This document shows positions 37,820-50,300 of a stretch of DNA of 64,000 bases, in pieces. Within the stretch, counting starts at the first letter, position 1. Each line of letters starts with the position of its first letter. The notes beneath the pieces are model-generated. The model did no database searches and had not been told where the DNA came from. It saw nothing but the letters and a program-made list of their open reading frames with translations. The stretch lies in assembly GCF_000143415.4 (NCBI RefSeq), contig NW_003314268.1:3170559-3234558 (forward strand), given 5' to 3'. The stretch comes from Selaginella moellendorffii. Its lineage: Eukaryota > Plantae > Lycopodiophyta. Both the position numbers and the translations under genes were made by a program.

Positions 37820-38409
37820 TGTAAACAACCAAAGGGAACGACTTGAGAGACGGTCCATGGGGTTCAAATATAGAGGGAAAGGGCCCATGAATAAGAGTGC
37901 ACCCCCTTTTCCAATTGGTTAAGGGTCTTGGGATATTTGGGTTAAGCGTCCTTGGGTTTGAATAGTACTGGGTTGGGTGACCTCCCGGGAAGTCCAAACT
38001 TAGGAGTTTACATTTGGTATCAGAGCGGTCTCGGGTCCGACTCTGTTGGTTGGCTAGGGAATCACACCACATGTTGATTGACATCTGGCTGGTCCAGTTT
38101 GCTCCCGCTGGGCTCGACCCGAGGGGTAGGGTGTCAAGAGAGCGGGGCTCTCGGGAGAGCTGCGGCTCTCAGCTTCCGTTCACGAGGGCGTGAACTTGCA
38201 GGGAAGCGTGGTGGATTGTAAACAACCAAAGGGAACGACTTGAGAGACGGTCCATGGGGTTCAAATATAGAGGGAAAGGGCCCATGAATAAGAGTGCACC
38301 CCCTTTTCCAATTGGTTAAGGGTCTTGGGATATTTGGGTTAAGCGTCCTTGGGTTTGAATAGTACTGGGCTGGGTGACCTCCCGGGAAGTCCAAACTTAG
38401 GAGTTTACA
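37820..38409 (+). mobile_element. Cassandra-type TRIM carrying a 5S rRNA-derived Pol III promoter in its LTRs; complete and young
   Basis: 193-bp LTRs (37820-38012, 38217-38409) with one mismatch. TSD GAATG. PBS TGGTATCAGAGC. 204-bp non-coding interior. 37941-37995 resembles the plant 5S rRNA box A-IE-box C segment. Confidence 0.93.
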
Positions 38410-40604
38410 GAATGGTGATGTTCAACTTAGTTGTTTGAAGTTAAGATGTTAGTACCCGTACTATAGCTTTATCTATGAGGAGGTTGTGTACCGATATGAG
38501 TCCATCTCATGGTTTTCACTTTAGTTTCGACTGAGTGTTGATCATGCATAGCTAGCCTCTTCAAGGCATGCTCAGAGCTAGTGGCTAAATGTTTTAGTGA
38601 GCTTATTGCGGTTGAGTTAGATTTGAGTGGTCATTTATTTTATGCTTGTCTATGAACTTTTATCTTGTACCTGGGGTATTATGTTCATATTGGCCAAGTA
38701 TATAACTTGATGATAAGAGTTAGTGTTTGGGTTTTGTGAAGGCAAGTTGAGGAGTGATTGTTAGTTGCTTTGCGACTAGTGATTACTTATAAACTTCGTA
38801 AAGGACTGTTGACACTTGCTTTGCTCGATGATGATTTAGCAGTGATGGGCTTGCTTTACTGGATGGTGTTGCGAAGGATCATGTCGTTAGACTTACATGA
38901 GATTTTCATGTTGGCATGTCGACTCTACCTCTGTTGATATCATTTGGTTACATTTAGTCCGTAGTGTTGGATTTCATTGAGTCTTGGATGTGGTGAATCA
39001 CTCCTTGATGATGTGTTATCTGTAGCTGAGTGTTGCTGAAGGATTGGTCTCGAATACTAACTAAGGTATTTTCGACTTTGGTTAGCTTGGTTGCTAGGAA
39101 GTTTTGGGTGGTGATTCACTTTTGCTTTCTTCTAGTTTTGTTATGGTGTTGATGGCATTGAAGTGATGCCTTGTCGTTGACATTGTTGACATTGAGATTC
39201 GAGTGAAATGAGATATCCTTCCAAGGATTGATATTGAGTTTCATTAGTCATGATGAAAATAGTGTTGATGATTTGGCTTTAGCTTTGTGTTGTTGGCATT
39301 CATGCATTTGCTAATTAACAATTGTGTTGACGTTCAAATGAACTGAGTGGCAAGTTGAGTTAGCTGTGTTCTAGACGAGATTGCTTAGTTGAGGTTGAGC
39401 TTTAGCTTTTCTTTAAAAAGTGATTTAGTTAAAGACAATGCTACCTTTATGAGAAGAAGAGTTAGTGATTGGTATTGAAGTGATTGAATCCTTGTTGGAT
39501 TTCAGTTGGGATATATCGATAATTGATGATCTTTTTTGTGCTTGTTATGAGGTGAGTTACGTCTTGCTGTAGATGGATTCATGGAGGATCAATTTGGTGA
39601 TCACTTGTTGAGCATAGCTCCATTGTGCTTAGCTTTTGGATTGATGCAGATATGCTCTTCATTAGCTTTGGCATTATGAAGTTTAGCTTATAGATGTGTT
39701 GAGGAAGATATTGTGAGTTGCATCACGATTTCTTCTTTAGCATTGAAGTTAACTTTTATGAAACTTGTGATCATTATTAGGCAAGACTTGGCTATAGGCT
39801 TCTTCGAGGTTTTGGTTCCTTGAGTTTTATGCTCATTGTTCCTTTTATTAGAAGTTGTTGGGGAAGGCATTTTGGCTCCTAGCTTCAATGTTTAAGTTAG
39901 TATTTGCATCTAACATTCATTAGTGATGATTGACTATCATCTAGGATAGTTGATTATCCTTGTCAAAAGGTTTTGCTTGATTATTGTTAGTATAGAATGA
40001 TTTTCCGTTCTTCAGAATGGTGGATTCCTTCTTAGACAATGATTATGCATCTTTTTATTGATGGGATGATTGATGATCTTCCATGATGGTTAGTTGTTCT
40101 CTTTGATAGCTTATGGCTTTTCGCAATACTACATGTTCTTTATGGTTTGCTCTAGATTGGTCTCTTGGTTTTGAGACATCAGTAGGATGTTGTTGACACT
40201 TGCTAAAGCAACTTGGATTCCTTTGTATTGTTGACCGGGATCTATTCAGCTTGGCTGGTGCGATGGTTGGCATGACTAAGCGTTTATTGGTTCTACCACA
40301 TTCATTATGTAATGTTGATAATTGTTTGAGTTAGTTCTGATAGATTGGGATGTTATTTCCTTTGGGTGATACATTCACGAACATTTTATTTGCCAATCAA
40401 TGATACTTTGTGTTCTTTGAGTTATCTTTAGTAAGTTGTTTGGCATACTGTCTACCATCTTCGGTAGTTAAGTTTCATCATTGAGTTTCCTTGATGATAT
40501 AGTTGCTATTGAATTTTGTTGGATGGTGAATCCTATGTTTTCCAAAGTTAGTGATCTTGGTGGTTCCTATACTCAAATACTGATTTATCGGATGATAACT
40601 TACT

Positions 40605-42105
40605 CGAGTCAAATAGTCAGAAGCAATAATAACATACTCATTGCCAACAATCGACCGTGGAAAAGGTCTTATAAAATCAAATGCCACCAACTCAAACAGA
40701 TGGGAAACTGCAATTGACTTTAACTATCCTTCCACAGCATGAGAGGGAGTATTACGAGCTTGGCACCAAATGCAGCTACGCACACACCGGATAATATCAC
40801 GTCGCATCTCCGGCTAATAGAAAGACCTGCACAACTTCTCAGTTACACGACGATGTCCCATATGCCCATCTAGAACAAGAGAATCATGGTAGGCATGGAG
40901 AAACTGCAGAATAAAGATAGAGGGCACCACCAGCCGTAAATGATCATTAGGATCCGTCCCCACAAAATAAAGAAGGCTGTCGTCAAGGCGATATTAAGAA
41001 TGTAAATGTCGGAAAGGCAAGTCATCAGTAAGTGATGCAGGATTCTCAAACCTATCTTGAAGCTTTCGAATCCACAGCTCAATCTTTTGAGCCTTGCGAA
41101 CCTCAGCAAGAGAAGGTAGATCTTGCTCTACACCTTGTGGACACTAAACGTCAAGTACAGCAACCGTCAATGACACAAAATCCTCATCTAGAAAATCCAT
41201 AGATGCAGGAGCAATAGGCTCGTCAGCAACATGAGAAGAGAATGGAGAAGGAAGAGGAGCTTGAGAAAGGGCATCAACATCAACCATAGAACTCCCTAGG
41301 CGATGAACAACATCAAAATCATATATCTGAAGCTTCAAAACCCATCGAGCAGTACGACCAACTAGGTTCTTCCGCTTCAATAATGAAGTAACGGCAGCAT
41401 GGTTACCTTCAAGTAACGTCTGAGAACCATGTAAATATGCATGAAGTTTCTCAAAACCCTAGGCTACTACTAAACACTCCATGTCTGTCGTGAAGTAGTT
41501 CATCTCCGTTGGTCGTAATGTACGGCTTATATACGCAATGGGATGGCGCTGACTAGGCACACTCAAGCTCTTTTGCATCAACACACCTCTAAGACCAATA
41601 TCAGAAGCATCCACATGCAAAATAAAAGGTCGAGTGTAGTCAGGGTATGCCAAAACTGGAGGAGTCATCAATAGCTCTTTGAGATCCACATACGCCCACT
41701 CACAATCTAGAGACCAGATGAAAGATGACGTTGATGACTTCAGCAACGCTTGCAACAGTGTAGTATGATTAGAAAGATGATCCACAAAACGACCGAGATA
41801 CTGCACCTTGCCCAAGAAGCGCTACACATCATTCACACACTTCGGAGTAGGAAACTTTAGAACAGCCACAAGTTTGTCAAGATCAACTTGCAAACCCTCA
41901 TGAGAAATACAGTACCTAAGATAAGTTGTGTTCTTGGACCCAAATACACACTTCAACCGCTTCAACTTTAAACCAACGTCACGTAGCCGATCCAACACTT
42001 TATAAACATCATGAACGTGCTCCTCCCATATCCCCTCTGAGTGGATCAAAACATCATCAATGAAGTCAGCAGTCACCTTCGGCATATCGCAAAGAACTTT
42101 GTCCA
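40605..42105 (-). pseudogene. Inverted middle of element A pol (RT C-terminus, RNase H, integrase N-terminus)
   Basis: MDKVLCD..DFIDDVLIHS, LHVDASD..PIAYISR, ARWVLKLQIYDF, VAFDFI..IIASDYLTR. Confidence 0.88.
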
Positions 42106-43804
42106 TGTAGCACACGTGGTTTTTACCCTTTATCCTATGGTGATTTACCATAGGATAACACCATGAAGCAGAATCTAAACCCTCTTTATGCCACGTGATA
42201 GATGCCACGTGTCATATGCCACATGTCCAAAGGAACGTGGTGTGGAACCCGAGGTTCAGAGCCTTAGGTCACTAAACGAAGGAACGATGCCAAACTCCTA
42301 AGCATGGAGCCAAGGAGTGATGGAGCCGAACCATGGAGCAACTCCCGAGCATAAAGCCCAAGGAGCGAAGGGACAGAAGCCCGGAGTGACTTGGAACAGT
42401 CCTAGAGTAACTAGCATCCCAATGCCAGGACCAGCATGCAAAACGGAGCCAAATGGAGTCTGGTGCTATTTCGGCATACCGATGGCCTAACGCGAGGACA
42501 TGGGTACTCCACCAGCTAGCATGGAATGGAACTTAGGCTTAGACCCAAGCCGGACGCAGAACAAAGACAGACACACAAGCGGAAGCTAGACTATGCCTCA
42601 GGTTGGTCGGCCATGCCCGACCTACCCACTATCCCTACTATACATTTGGAACCCCCCCCCCCGGAGGAACACACGCTTTGGGCTTTCACCCCAAGCCTCC
42701 CTTAGTATCAGGAGTTCGTCTCTGGGACAAGCTCAAAATTTACTAAATATGGAATGGCGCTAGATTGCGAATTTGGACACGGGACAAGCACCATTGTGTT
42801 CAGGCCAATCTCTACATTCCGTAGATATGCCAAATGAACAACTCTAGACACTTTCCATAAATAACATTTGGGACCAAAATAAGACTAATACAAAGGGCAT
42901 GATAGTGAGGGTGTTTAGCAGACACGGTAAGCTATCATGTAGTGATATTGAAGGACCAATCTCAATACGCGAGGGTTCTTGTCACTAGCCAGTGCAAGAC
43001 AAAATGAGACGGGAACTCCTTACCAGGCTAAGTATGTTTAGCTAATAACACGTAGGAATTCCGTCTTTATGCTCGTCCGGTCTAAGTACACTCGAAATGC
43101 CCAGTTAACTCCACTAGCACAAGAGGGACTGATAAAGGGTCCAGCAATACTGACCTCCTGCCGTTGTGGCAGTAAGGAAAGAATGTCCATAAGGACTAGT
43201 CGACAGGTAACTTTCGATACCCGAAGTCATATTCGCGACACTCTCCCACCCTAGGGAAGATCGACGTCCTCGTCGATGCATACTCATGTCTAGAATACCG
43301 CCAAGGAAACAACTCCAGAAAAAGTTCATGGTACTCACACTATGTGAGAAATGCACCAACTTAAATGAGTTAGGGTAACCTCTTTGTCTAATGCGGATGT
43401 GCTACCAGCTCAGACACCTTCTAGCCATCGCCGACAAGGAAATGACCAACGGAGTTAACCACCCTTGCTGCTCTGGGTGTCACCCAACTTACAAAAGTGT
43501 GATATGCCCCTACCCGCAAGGACATAGAGAGAGAAGCCAGAGGCCCTAACCCTCATGAGCAAAGAAACCAAACCTATCGGTAAGGTTTAGATAGACTACT
43601 GTAAACAGGCAGTTAGAGTTGTTTACGCGGTCATGCCCTTTCAACGGAATAAGGAACATCGATAGAAAGGTGGGTTATGTGACCAGTCGACAGTAGCTAC
43701 CCCATGACGAGAGATTTCAACATCATACAAAGTGCCGAAGCCAGTCTGCCTATACTGGCCCAAACTCAAAGATCAATAGATGGACAATATCAAGGTCATA
43801 AACA

Positions 43805-44652
43805 TTGGGTGGAAGTTGGTGCTCTTGCTAGTGCCTCTGCAACTGCTGTGAATACTTCCTCCTCAATCGTGTGGTGTTCCAGCATTCTTGTTCAAAGCGG
43901 GTTCTTTCGGATAATGGTCCCACATTTATGGCTGAGGCATTTCATGTTTTGACGTCTCGATTGGGGATACGCCACACTTTCATGAGTGCTTATCATCGAC
44001 AATCAAACGGTCTGGTGGAACGGCTCCTTCGGACATTCAAAGGGATGATTGCGAAGTATGTGAACTTTCAGCATTTGGATTGGGATGGTTATTTGCCGTC
44101 TCTTCAGTATGCATATGTCACAAGGGTGTAGAGTTCTGTTGGTGCTTCACCATATAAACTCCTATATGGTCATGATCCAATATTACCAACGGAGTTAGGT
44201 TTACCTTCGCGATTGCCACGAGCTGCCGATGCTAAGTCGTGGGATCAGTATTTGACGAGCATTCTTCCATTTGTCCAAGTTGAGTCTGCCATACACTTAG
44301 GCCGCGTACAAGTGGGACAACAACAGCACTACAACTCCCATCATCGTCCACTTGTGGAGTATAATGTGGATGATTTGGTGTTAGTCCGTTTTCCCCATCT
44401 TACGGTACGTGGTTTATTTAAGGGGCTCCTTGCGTAGTGGAAAGGACTATATCGGGTGTTGCGGCAAGTTGGACCACAAGTTTATAAAGTTCAGTGTGAC
44501 GTCTAGCAAGCCAATCTTTCAGAGATTGTGCATGTGCAACGGTTGAAATGCTTCATACAAAGGGATCAGGAGCAATTAATACCACCTACAGATATGCCGA
44601 TGCCTCCTCCTGACGTTCCTCTAGATCTCAACCCATCTACAAGAGAACTTTG
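43805..44652 (+). pseudogene. Element A integrase core and C-terminus, no chromodomain
   Basis: WVEVGAL.., LSDNGPTF, SAYHRQSNGLVER, WKGLYRV, ending in a Pro-rich tail before the PPT. Confidence 0.85.
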
Positions 44653-44960
44653 ATGGGCTTTCATTATTCTGAGAGGAGGGGATGATGTGAGGGCCAAGTG
44701 TACAGCTACAATGCCGTATACTAATATTAGCATAGTGGGATTTTAGTAGCCATCGGATTGGTTTCAATCCGGACCACTTGCTCCTGTATATAAGCTAGGG
44801 TTTTTGGGCTAATTGATATGTACATTTTCTGTATTCCCTTTCCATATTCCAAGCACTCACAAAATCTTATATTCCATAGTATTAAAAAAGATTTTAAAGT
44901 ATTATTGTTTAATCAAATACTGCATACATTATCATAGTTTTTTTGATAATTGTAAAAAGG

Positions 44961-45804
44961 GTTCTTGCGTCGGAATTTGATTCCAATCTCAACATTGTCT
45001 TCCCGATCCCAAGCTCCGCACGAGGAACATCCGCATCAATTCCTTCGATGATAATTTCAAAAAGCTTGTTGATGAGATGCTGGCGTGATGTACAGGTATG
45101 TTCTTCGTGAATTTCATCACTGTCAAACGCTGGCATGCTTTGTTTTCTTGTCTTTCTTTTCTTTTTTGCCAGGACAGACGGAGTAGGCTTGTCCGCCTCC
45201 GCTCAATGCCAGCATCAATGCCAGGCTCATGGCCTTGAATCCCGAGGGCGAAAGAGGCAACGCCAAAGAGTACGTAATTGCGAATCCAATGATTGTCAAG
45301 TTTGGGAAAGAGCGAGAAGCTGATAGAGAAGGATGTCTATCTTTTTACAGCGCTCAAGCCGATGTCAAGGTACTATTCCTTTGTACGTAGAGAGTCTCTT
45401 TTATGGTTCGTGTCTTTGTTTCCAGAGACCGATATCGAGTCGAAGCTCAAGATATCAACGGGAAGAAATTCGGTACCACCTTCAGGGGCTGGACTGCTCG
45501 AATTTTCCAACATGAGTATGATCACCTGGAGGTCAGGTCTCGTTTGGTTTCTTTTGTGCAGACATCAAGGTGGCCGTGGTATTTGTTCGCATAAGGTGTC
45601 CTCTACATCGACCGGATGACTCCAAAAGCATTGAAATCCATTGGACGAGAACTTTTGGTACTTTTGCCTGTAGAGATTCCATAGTTGTATGTGCCCTCAT
45701 GTCCGCTTTGTTTACAGAATCTGAAAGAGGAGTTTGAGAAGAGGACTGGGACGCCTCGTCCCGAGTCGGTTAAAGACAAACTGTTAAGCTCAGAAGCGTC
45801 TTGA
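44961..45804 (+). pseudogene. PDF1B: Organellar peptide deformylase (PDF1B-like), 5'-truncated and frameshifted
   Basis: Exons give PDPKLRTRNIRINSFDDNFKKLVDEM, TDGVGLSA, EGCLSF, ARIFQHEYDHLE, YIDRMTPKAL. The motifs fall in different frames and no transit peptide or start is seen. Confidence 0.8.
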
Positions 45805-46903
45805 AATGCAAAGTGTTTGATTCTGCTGCTCGGTTCGATTACGTTATTTGCGCTCTGTTTTCAACTTACCGGAAATTTCAGCTGACGAAGAATAATAAGT
45901 GTAAAAGCGCTGAAGATAGAATCTAACCGAGCGGTGAGCGCCTTGCTTTTATTTCCATCGTAGAGAGTTGAACTTTTCTCCTTTTCTTTTCTTGTGTGAT
46001 ATTCTTTCAGAGTTGCTGTCGAAAATCCCGCGCCACACAAACTACCATTTGAAAGCGATATGGCCGAACTTCATATCATCCTGGTTAACGCTGAGAAGAG
46101 AATCAGAGCACTGACTGCCTCCAAAACGAAAAGGCCAGAAGAAGAAAGTCACAAACATGGGAAATCCATTGGGCAGGCCTTTTGTGTCCCCTCTCTCGAG
46201 GAGCCCAAGGAGGAGCTCTTGTTTCCGAAGTTCTTTCATCTCTGACAACGCAAGGCTCACGCAATGCAGTTCCGAGGAAGAGTTGTGGCCTTCACGGATT
46301 GACAGATGGAGATTTAGCACTCCAGGTGATGACCTTTCTATTGGCTCAAGCACTTCAGCAAATTTCTGTCAGATTATCGGTCGTCTTAGAGAGAGAATTT
46401 GGAAGTCCCATCTCTCGGACCTTTGGGACGACTTCGTTATTCTCCAGGTGCTTTAATTCACGCAAGATACTCGAGCAACGTTGCGGCAGAAAGAAAGTGC
46501 AGAGCTCCGGGCAGGAAGTGGTCCGAGTCTTCCGGATGTTTATCACGGAAGCGCGAAAATGCGGATATGTCCGAAAAGCAGTTGTATCACACAGGGAAGG
46601 CCGAGTCACGACTCAGGAATCCAAACGCAACAACAGAGGTGGCTGCGAAAGTTCCGAAAGATCAGCGTCCGGAATCGTGGGAAGCGACTAGACGACGGCC
46701 ACGACGTTGAGATCGGCGTGGAAGGCTAGCAGGCAAAGTGGGCGCTAATCTCGTGTTTTTGCAAAAACTTGCAGGAGGATACGTGCGGGATTGAAGTTTC
46801 CGCAGTTGCCGAGTGTTGTGGTAAGTCGGAATTTCATTTTTAAAGCTATCCTCTTATTCTTCTCTTCGCTCTTGATCTTCGACATTGTGAGGCTTTTTCC
46901 AGT

Positions 46904-48600
46904 ATGGGCACTAGTGTTGCAGATGATAGAAGCTATCTCGTAGCACACTATACGAGTGTGTGGTCGTACCTGTGGCCTCACATCTCGCATTCTTTGGAAG
47001 TCGGGAGTGTGAACTTGGATTGGAGAGCGAGGTGTTCTCTGTTTATGCTCTGGAGCGTGAGGTCTGTCTCCCAACCGCTGAAGCACTTTGGAAGATGGGC
47101 GGAGAAGGCAATTAACCTTTGTGCAGCCAATGAAGGAATTCTCAAGGAAGAAATGCATAATACAGCACCCCTCACTCTTACGTGGTTGCCCCTTTGCCAC
47201 GCTCACTCCTCGCGTCCTCCGTGGCGTGTTTAGTCACGCCCAGCTCTGCACCCTAAATGTTTAAGAGAACCCATTGCCGCGATCATTAGGTTCCATTAAA
47301 CTATGTCTTTGAAAGGGATTCTCTTAAACATCACGATTGCTCCACAATTGCACCTAGGAGGCTGTTCCACAAGCAGCAGTCCCACTCGGGCATCTCAAAG
47401 ATTTATCAGTTAGCACCCTAAATAAGGGGGGGTGCTGTATTATGCATTCTACCCGCAGATGTTTGTGCTATGGTGTCTAAGGTTACGTATGAGAGCCCGA
47501 AGTTCATCGAATTTGTCGTGAATCAGAATTGAAAGGTCCAAGCCTTGCACGTAACCTCTTACCGGTCCAACAGTAGTAAGTTCCTAGGAGATGCATCTGC
47601 AAAGGAGAAGCTGATGGAGTCAGGGGTTTTTTCTTGCTATCCAGTTTCATCTGACGTTGCCGTCACCCTTTCATGCTACAGAGTTTCAGAAAAAAAATTC
47701 GACTCCAGTTTTCATTTTTGCCGACCGGGAAACTGATGCCGGAGCCATCATTCTTGCCTTCTGGGGAACGGAATCCTTCAATGCATATGACTGGTGCACA
47801 GACTTGGATTTCTCCTGGTACGAGCTCCCGCAGCTCGGCCGTGTCCATCTCGGATTCCTCGAAGCACTGGCGACAGGAACATTGCCACAGACTCCAACGT
47901 CTGGACTGCCTGACTTTGTCCTCAGCGACGAGATGAAAGTGCTTGCGTACTAGCACATCAATCCTACGGAATCATAGAAACGCAAAGCTCTACTTCACCA
48001 GTCACAGCCTCGGCGGCGCTCTGGCGACTCTCTTCACCTCCATGCTCTTCTACAACCGGGAAGAGAATCGAGCCTTTTACAACACCGAGGACGACGTTGC
48101 CAGGAGCTCGCGGCGCTCTGCACGTTTGGCCAGCCCCGTGTTGGAGACGAGAGCTTCGCATCCTTCATGAACGCCAGCTTAAACAAGCCAACCATGAGGT
48201 ACTTTAGAGTTGTCTACAATAACGACATGGTAGCTCGAGTCCCCTTCGACAACTCTTTGTTTGGCTTCAAGCATTTCGGGCATTGCTGCTACTTCACTTA
48301 CAACTACACCCTCCAGGTACTTAACTTCGAGAGACTGCTCTTTGTGTAGGATCCATATCAACTTTCTGTGCAGATCCTTCCGGACGAGCCATTTCCCAAT
48401 TTCTTTTCCCCGGTTTACATGGTGCTGTCCCGGCTTTACGCACTGTTCGAGCTCGTTCAGAGCTTCTTCATGAGTGGCCGGGAGTTTAGCGAGACGAGGT
48501 TGTCCACTGTGGCAAGGATTGCAGGCTTTCTCGTGCCTGGGATCCCCGGGCACAGCTTGGTGAATTACATGCCGGCCTTACTGATAAATCACAGTAAGCA
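46904..48600 (+). pseudogene. Class-3 (triacylglycerol) lipase pseudogene, plus arm
   Basis: AFWGTESFNAYDWCTDLDFSWYELPQLGRVHLGFLEAL, mutated nucleophile elbow TSHSLGG, RVVYNNDMVARVP, FKHFG. Stops, deletions and a MITE insertion. The 5' boundary is uncertain. Confidence 0.85.
47147..47453. mobile_element. MITE-like insertion in the plus-arm lipase
   Basis: 20-bp TIR AATGCATAATACAGCACCCC at 47152-47171 and 47429-47448. Absent from the minus-arm paralog. TSD not recognisable. Confidence 0.75.
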
Positions 48601-49206
48601 TCGCAACTTCATACATGTCGAATAAAAGTTACCCATTAAAACATGGTGTCATTATTTTTATTCTACTTTCTTTCAGAAAATAAATAAAATGAAGACAATT
48701 ACATTGCCTTCAAAACTGTATGGAATTCTCTGTATGGAGGCAGGGCTGTTACTGGTGAAGTGGAAGCATGGAATGAACCATGCAATTTATCCTTACCACC
48801 CAGAAAGGAACCATAGACAAAGCATTGATCATTGACTCTGACTAAGAGTTCCACAAAGGATGGTGCCATGACTGTGTGGCTTGGACTGTTTGTTGCATCA
48901 ACGTGGAAGCACTCCTTCCATAAGTGGCAGTGTTGGATTGGAAAGGTCTTGAGAATGGAAGTTTAGAATTAAGAGCTGTAGTAGAAGAAACATTTGATAG
49001 ATGGTTTTGCGTTCTTGATGGCCATGGTTGTAAAAGAAATGGAGTGAATAACCATACTATGTAAATCTAAGTTTATATACTTTTAACATATATAAGATGG
49101 TAAATATAACTACATTGATAAAACTATTTATATAAATGTCTTTAAAATTTGGAAGCCATAAATAAAATATTAAAATTTAAAAATAAAAAACTGAATATTG
49201 ACATAG

Positions 49207-49691
49207 TATAAGTAACCATAGAGAATAACTCGAGAGAGACAATTTAAGTATAAGGAAAAATGCTCATGAAAAAAAGGGCACCTTCTTTTTTAATTAGTAG
49301 ATATAAATAATACTAGACTTCCTTTAAAGTTAAAATTCAAGAGTTACATTTGGTATTAGAGAAATCATTAAGTTTCACCCTCTTGGTTAGTTGGGGGAAT
49401 TATACCACATATTAAAATTAATATTAAGTAGTCTAGTTTATTATAGCTAGGCTTCATCCAAAAGGTAAACTGTTAAAAGAGTGAGCTATAACTCTAAATT
49501 TCCATTCACAAAGATGTGAATTTGTAGAGAAGTAAAATTATAAATAACAAAAAAGAATGACTTTAACAATGATGTATAAAGGTTCAAATATAGAAAAAAA
49601 AGGCCCATGAATAAATATAAACCCTTTTTTCAATAATAAGTTAAGGGTTTCAGGAAACTTAAGGTTAAGTATCCTTGGGTTTAAATAGTAC
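49207..49691 (+). mobile_element. Highly decayed Cassandra-type TRIM
   Basis: gagttaca-tttggtattagag (LTR end and PBS), ggttcaaatataga..ggcccatgaataa, gttaagtatccttgggtttaaatagtac (5S-like). Confidence 0.7.
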
Positions 49692-49779
49692 AGAGATAAT
49701 ACTATATTAAGCATCCTGTGAATTCTTCATATGTGGGAAAATAACAAAGGCATTGGTTACCCATATGTGGGAAAATAGT

Positions 49780-50300
49780 AAATGCATTAGTTAAAACAAA
49801 AAGCATCACTATGTATTTAAAAACAAATGCTAAAAACTATCTTCCACTCATCACTTTCCCAAATACAAATCATGAAAAACTAAATGAAAAAATATTTTCC
49901 ACTCATCACTTTCTCACATGTTGTAAGGGCCACATAAATCAACATTGGTAAAGAACTAAGCTTTAAAAAGATTAGATACAAAGAAGATAGGTTCACTAGT
50001 TGGAAATAAAAAATGCTAAATAAACCTTTAGAAAGATTCTTGTTGATATATTTATGTAATGCTTCCAACTCCACTATTGAAAAGATTATAGATATGATAA
50101 AATGGTGGTCATTTCCTTAGGATCAATATGGTGGTAAAATATTAACTCTTATTTTATTGAAAACATCTTTAAAGTTAGCATACTTAGAGGGAATAGTAGA
50201 TTTAATCTTAATAAATTAAGGTAGCGCTAAATGAACAACAGATCCAGAGCATCTTTCAACCTTAAAAAAATATTGTCAATAAATGGCTCTAATCTCTATT
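49780..50300 (-). mobile_element. Decayed Ty3/gypsy (element C-like) RT remnant
   Basis: ELEALHKYINKNLSKG resembles [16 protein letters not shown] of element C. IPSKYANFKDVF upstream resembles [12 protein letters not shown]. Confidence 0.55.

Larger units (their letters stand above)
22503..43804 (+). mobile_element. Element B: large non-coding LTR element (LARD-like) with three LTR copies, inserted in the RT of element A
   Basis: LTR copies at 22503-28840 (split by element C), ~35586-36217 (gap, truncated) and 42106-~42662 (inverted). tRNA-iMet PBS TGGTATCAGAG at 28843. G-run PPT at ~35573-35584. The ~6.7-kb interior has no long ORF. 32145-34370 is repeated at 37767-40604. Confidence 0.75.
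20252..44861 (+). mobile_element. Outer Ty3/gypsy LTR retrotransposon (element A, non-chromovirus-like, degenerate) hosting about 20 kb of nested insertions
   Basis: ~177-bp LTRs TG..CA at 20252-20428 and 44686-44861. 4-bp TSD AAAT at 20248-20251 and 44862-44865. PBS TGGTGGAGGTGAGGGG. PPT GAGAGGAGGGGATGA. Domain order gag-PR-RT-RH-INT. Confidence 0.9.

Noticed and set aside
37941-37995. 5S rRNA gene
   Set aside because: Only about 55 nt of the ~120-nt gene match, inside LTRs with PBS and TSD. This is TRIM cargo, not an rRNA gene.
42106-43804. A single 1.7-kb solo LTR bounded by TG..CA
   Set aside because: The G-run PPT and the 22503 start show the LTR is about 0.55-0.6 kb. The 43804 end is an inversion breakpoint inside element B interior.
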